A DNA stretch of 51,080 nt from a virus. Position numbers and translations under genes: made by a program. The stretch is from the IMG/VR virus record IMGVR_UViG_3300050501_000150, positions 1-51,080 of that record; one strand, 5' to 3'. The notes under the pieces were generated by a model. It did no database searches. It was not told the origin of the DNA and worked only from the letters and a program-made list of their open reading frames with translations. Positions within the stretch are counted from its first letter, which is position 1. Every line of letters starts with the position of its first letter. Below are positions 47,224-51,080 of the stretch, one piece after another.

Positions 47224-49913
47224 ACACCTGCTCCCATTGTCTGTTGTTTCTGTTGTGGCTGCCGTCCGCCCATCTGCTTCTGATCAGGATTCTTATTCTT
47301 CTTGTCGTTCGGCGGCCCGCCCTGTTCTTCCCCTGCTCCCGGCATAGGCTGCCCTGCCATACTGACCATCCCAGTCAATTGCGCCTCTGCTATAAGACCT
47401 TCCACGTGTCTATAAATCGCCGCCTTGACGCCCGCGCGCTGTTCCGGCGGCGCTTCCTTGCCTTCGTCCGTGGTAAGCCAGTCGCGGTAGACGTTGATTG
47501 CGGCTAAGTGGCCAAGTTCCTCGATCTCGATTGGCGGCTGGAGTATGCCAAGCAGCATCTGGCCAGCTTCCGCCATGGGATCGACCGGGACTTCCATCAT
47601 TTGGCCAGTCATCGGATCGGCCGCCATTTGGGTCGGCGGCATTCCGGCCATTGCCATTTGCAGCAGCGGCGCTGCCTGGGCCATCTGGTCTATGCGCTGG
47701 CGCGCAGTTTCAGCCGCTGCGGTGTAGTCCTCGGCCCCTAGATCAACGTCGTAAGTCTCAGTGATCTGCTCGACCAACCCTGGCATTTCCTGCATGGCCA
47801 TCTTGAGGCCAATCAAGCCGCCGACATCGAGCAATAGCTCTTTAAACCGCTGGCGCCGTTCGAGGTTGGTTTGGGGCAAGTAGGACTCAGGAACGACCTC
47901 GGCAAACAACTCGACGGCGATATCCGCCGCGCTGAGCCACACACCGTCTTGCTTGCCTCTCTTGCCTGCGAGGCTTACGTAAATCTCATCTATGCAGTAG
48001 ACGCGGAATAATTCGAGGATAATCTCCGCGCCTCTTCTATCGGCTTCGGCCTTTAATGCTAATTGTGGCGCGAACAGGCTTTGGCTATTGGCAGATGCAA
48101 TCTGCGCGCCGGTGGCCGTCTCGTTGTTGACACCAGGCAAACCGCCGGAGAAGTCCGTAACCCTTGACGCCTTCTGACAGAAGAAATCAAGTTGCTGGCT
48201 ATAACTGAAATGCGCCTGTGATGGCGGCTGTGGCTGCAATTGGTGTACGGCGTCCTGTAGCCGCTTGTTTTCGAGGCCGGTAGTGTTGACCGGGATGTTT
48301 TTAAGGGGATTGGCTAGATAGGCGCTGACGCCATTCGGCAGCAGCGTCTCATCATACAGCGTCGCGGGCGTCGCAGCCGTGCGTAGAAGCGTATAAATCA
48401 GGCTCATAGTCAGGTTGTACTGACGGTTGCCTTCCAACATGTCCTCTGTCCCCGAGCCGAGCGACGAGAGCGCCCGCATCCTGTACACCTGGCCCACCCA
48501 GAACTGCTTGTGATGCTCGTTCCGCATCTCAACAACGCCATCCACGCCCTGAATCCAGCACAGATAAAGGCCGTCTTTGAATGCGTCGATCAACTTCGTT
48601 CCGGCCGGGATCCTCATCCCGCTTACCGTCTGGTAATCCTTCTTGATGACGCAGCGGTCATACATCGCAGGGTCGAGCCAGATTTGGATAAAGTCCGCTG
48701 TGGGTTCAGCATTAGGACTCTTACCCGATCCCCTGGCCTGGCCTGACGATGCGAATGTGGAACGTTTGAGGTCGTCGGCCGCGTCCAAACCTGCGTAATC
48801 GCCCTTGCTGGCTTTAAATTTGATCTCCGGAAACTTGCTTTGGAGTATTGAGAGACGGATCCGCCGCGTCCGCACCAGATACGGCGATTCGTGCGGCTGG
48901 AATTGGATATCGTGTTTTAGCTCGAACGCCGGGACGGATTCACAACAGATTGAGCCGTGTTCGATGCTCTCATAGCCTGTTACGGCTTCGACTTGGAGGG
49001 GTTCGGGCTGCTCGACGTCGATGTTGGGCGATCCGCAGTCGGGACATTTGGTAGGCGGCGGGGCCACTCCATCCGCTGGTAGGCCGGGTGGGACGCCCGC
49101 GCCCATACCCTGACTATCGCCCGCCGAAATATATCCCGCATTTGGTTGTCCATTTAATCCTCCTTGCGCTCCGGGTTCCAGTCCGAGCTGTGGCGCAGCA
49201 ACCATCTCTGCTCCGCTTGCGTCAGGCTCAAATGGCCGACCAACCGGGCCTGCCGCAGCTTCCGATCCAGCTCCTCCAAGTCCAACGGGGCCGCTTCCTC
49301 CACACTCGGCGCAGAAGTAGCTTGGCTCTCCGAACTGGACTTGCTGTGGTTCGACTTTCGGTCTTCTGGCATAGCTCTTTACGTCCTTGCTGTAATAATA
49401 GTATCTCGCATACTTCCCACACTGAGCGAGCGTCGCCTCGCCTTGCTTGAATGTCTCAGTATACAGCTTACGCTCGTAAAACTGCTGCACATTCGACGCC
49501 GCCTTAGACGCGCCGACCGCCTGATCCGCGTCGCTCACTGGACGCCATTTAACATCCGTGGACGATTGCGTCCATTTGGCCTTGATGTTGTCCGAATAGA
49601 AGCCGACGAGGTTGAGACTGTAGACAGGTGAATCCGTCCTATCCGGCAATGGCACGGCGCGCCAGCCTGTGCCATACTTGGATCGCCGCAGGATCTGCTT
49701 GCCCTCGATAAAGAGAAAGATCATTTCCCACAGCAACACGGAATCCTTCCAGACACTGCCGTTCTCTTCCTCTAATTCCTTGCGGCAGTCCTTGAACCAG
49801 TCTTCGTCTATGTAGACGGACTGATCATTGGCCTGATCGTAGGCTAACTGTTCAAGCGGCTTGCTCGGCGCGAGGTTTGGCGCGTCGCTGTATGCGGTAG
49901 CTAATACTGCCAT
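47220..49913 (-). CDS. Portal protein with inserted split zinc ribbon
   Basis: 897 aa. First large gene after terL, with a Met/Gln/Ala-rich C-terminal tail as in T7-type portals. CAEC...(~90 aa Gly/Pro/Ala)...CPDC insertion. Confidence 0.6.
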   Translation of the reverse strand: MAVLATAYSDAPNLAPSKPLEQLAYDQANDQSVYIDEDWFKDCRKELEEENGSVWKDSVLLWEMIFLFIEGKQILRRSKYGTGWRAVPLPDRTDSPVYSLNLVGFYSDNIKAKWTQSSTDVKWRPVSDADQAVGASKAASNVQQFYERKLYTETFKQGEATLAQCGKYARYYYYSKDVKSYARRPKVEPQQVQFGEPSYFCAECGGSGPVGLGGAGSEAAAGPVGRPFEPDASGAEMVAAPQLGLEPGAQGGLNGQPNAGYISAGDSQGMGAGVPPGLPADGVAPPPTKCPDCGSPNIDVEQPEPLQVEAVTGYESIEHGSICCESVPAFELKHDIQFQPHESPYLVRTRRIRLSILQSKFPEIKFKASKGDYAGLDAADDLKRSTFASSGQARGSGKSPNAEPTADFIQIWLDPAMYDRCVIKKDYQTVSGMRIPAGTKLIDAFKDGLYLCWIQGVDGVVEMRNEHHKQFWVGQVYRMRALSSLGSGTEDMLEGNRQYNLTMSLIYTLLRTAATPATLYDETLLPNGVSAYLANPLKNIPVNTTGLENKRLQDAVHQLQPQPPSQAHFSYSQQLDFFCQKASRVTDFSGGLPGVNNETATGAQIASANSQSLFAPQLALKAEADRRGAEIILELFRVYCIDEIYVSLAGKRGKQDGVWLSAADIAVELFAEVVPESYLPQTNLERRQRFKELLLDVGGLIGLKMAMQEMPGLVEQITETYDVDLGAEDYTAAAETARQRIDQMAQAAPLLQMAMAGMPPTQMAADPMTGQMMEVPVDPMAEAGQMLLGILQPPIEIEELGHLAAINVYRDWLTTDEGKEAPPEQRAGVKAAIYRHVEGLIAEAQLTGMVSMAGQPMPGAGEEQGGPPNDKKNKNPDQKQMGGRQPQQKQQTMGAGV

Positions 49914-50297
49914 TTACTCAACTCTAAACGGCTGCCGCCGCTTCTCAAGTTTCGCCTCAATCTGCCGCCATTCCTGCGGGAATCTAGCCCTTGCCTGCTC
50001 TATGCTCATCCACGCGACGTCCGGGTGTAACTGCTCCAAGTCTTCCTTCACTTCGTCAGCCAAAAACGCCTCATCGATTGGCGACTTGTTCGGTGTCGGA
50101 TCGTCATCAATCTGCAGGACGCGCGAACGCTGGACTTCCAACGGCTCGACATTGGCCTTACGTAAGAGACGATCGACTAGCTGGCGCTCTCTTTCCCGCC
50201 ATGTCTCTTCTCGCCTGTAAAAAGTTCTGGCCTGGAGGAAATACCCACAGGCCAGGAACAAGCACAGAACTGAGAGTAGGAGAACAGCCAGAATCAT
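49914..50297 (-). CDS. Hypothetical N-terminally membrane-anchored protein
   Basis: 127 aa. TM segment ILAVLLLSVLCLFLACGYFL. Confidence 0.6.
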   Translation of the reverse strand: MILAVLLLSVLCLFLACGYFLQARTFYRREETWRERERQLVDRLLRKANVEPLEVQRSRVLQIDDDPTPNKSPIDEAFLADEVKEDLEQLHPDVAWMSIEQARARFPQEWRQIEAKLEKRRQPFRVE

Positions 50298-50626
50298 TAC
50301 TGCGGGAGAGAGCCGGTGAAAGTCGATGGAACGTCGGGCGTATTCGGCGTAACGAGCGCTCTCAGCGTCGCCACCGTCGTCGCCGTGTGCGTTTCAGCTA
50401 TCGCGCCGGCGATTACGCCGAAGCGTAGACCGCGACTAGCCTGGCGCATTGCTTCAGGACTTGTCCCAGCCAACGGCGGCAGCGCTTCAATAGCCGTCTG
50501 AAGCGTCGTTACAGTGGAATTGGCGTTGATGATCGCGTCAGTCAGGCCACCAAGCACGGCAACGTTGATGCCGCTCAGCGCCATATAGCACGCTTGCCTG
50601 TTATCTTCTGAGTTCACTAATGCCAT
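50297..50626 (-). CDS. Hypothetical protein
   Basis: 109-aa ORF, tightly packed. Confidence 0.55.
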   Translation of the reverse strand: MALVNSEDNRQACYMALSGINVAVLGGLTDAIINANSTVTTLQTAIEALPPLAGTSPEAMRQASRGLRFGVIAGAIAETHTATTVATLRALVTPNTPDVPSTFTGSLPQ

Positions 50627-50889
50627 GATTGTTTAGTCTCCTTTAAAGATGCTGGCCACATCCATCTTTTGTTTTTTAGCCAGATAAGTTCGCCCTCTTT
50701 CAATTCAGGGTTGAGCTTGTAATAGAAGGTGATCCCATTCCACGGACAAGGAGGCCCGTCTAAATATCGCATCTCAGGATGCCATCTTCGCCAAAGCGTT
50801 ATACTGAACCAGTAAAAACCCAGTTTGAAATACCACCGCCCCTTTTCCCTTATAAACAAAGGGCCGATCAAATATCGCAGCGGACTCAT
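50617..50889 (-). CDS. Hypothetical Trp-rich protein
   Basis: 90-aa ORF. ATGA overlap with the junction-spanning gene. Confidence 0.55.
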   Translation of the reverse strand: MSPLRYLIGPLFIREKGRWYFKLGFYWFSITLWRRWHPEMRYLDGPPCPWNGITFYYKLNPELKEGELIWLKNKRWMWPASLKETKQSWH

Positions 50890-51080
50890 GACTTCTTATT
50901 CCTGATCTTCTTCTCTGCCGGCTCAGCTTCAGGCTCCGGCAATTCCGCCGTGTCCCGTTTCTCGCTCCACGCCGCGAGCGCCTGCGCGGCCGCGTGTTCA
51001 GCCGCCGTTTGCTCTTTGCCTACGTTCAGCTCTCGAACAAGATCAGACCAGTAGGCTTGAGAATGCGGTGGCAGGGCGTC
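50886..51080 (-). CDS. 3' part of the 88-aa junction-spanning gene
   Basis: Same frame as 1..199 after removing the 127-bp duplicate. Its stop TGA overlaps the next ATG. Confidence 0.6.
   Translation of the reverse strand, partial: DALPPHSQAYWSDLVRELNVGKEQTAAEHAAAQALAAWSEKRDTAELPEPEAEPAEKKIRNKKS
50954..51080. repeat. Terminal direct repeat, right copy (identical to 1..127)
   Basis: Base-by-base identity with 1-127. Confidence 0.97.

Larger units (their letters stand above)
1..51080. mobile_element. Complete temperate tailed-phage genome, circularly closed (unique length 50,953 bp)
   Basis: Terminase, portal, capsid, tail fibre, integrase and CI/Cro switch are all present. Exact 127-bp repeat at both window ends. 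One ORF continues across the ends. Confidence 0.9.

Overview
The window is a complete, circularly closed genome of a temperate tailed dsDNA phage. Its unique length is 50,953 bp: bases 1-127 recur exactly at 50954-51080, and one 88-aa gene is split across the artificial ends. Two divergent arms leave a CI/Cro-type switch at about 15.3 kb. The minus-strand arm runs Cro, early/regulatory genes, an HNH-SF2 helicase fusion, a replication organizer, a DnaC-like loader and a VRR-NUC nuclease. It continues through an intrinsic terminator into a membrane/lipoprotein lysis-like cassette, then TerS/TerL. Across the junction it carries portal, scaffold-like protein, major capsid, three decoration-like paralogs, adaptor/tail genes, tail fibre and a 1682-aa giant protein. 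The plus-strand arm carries CI, a tyrosine integrase with attP-like arm repeats, a membrane protein, an 11-bp iteron-like array, a small C5 DNA methyltransferase, a chain of translationally coupled Zn-ribbon mini-genes and a triplicated small gene. The arms converge on a 9-bp-stem hairpin at 23276-23297. I found no tRNA, rRNA, CRISPR array or reverse transcriptase. The most unusual content is a set of glycan or small-molecule modification enzymes embedded in the virion modules: a MTase-MTase-GT-A fusion between portal and scaffold, a GT-C membrane glycosyltransferase after the tail fibre, and a GNAT-like gene in the tail module. Also notable are opposite-strand morons (a lipoprotein and an HNH homing endonuclease), several strong-SD micro-ORFs below the 60-aa cutoff of the ORF track, the iteron array, structured ORF-free gaps in the early operon, and the lack of a recognisable endolysin. 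All functional calls come from motifs read by eye and from gene order. No database search was run.
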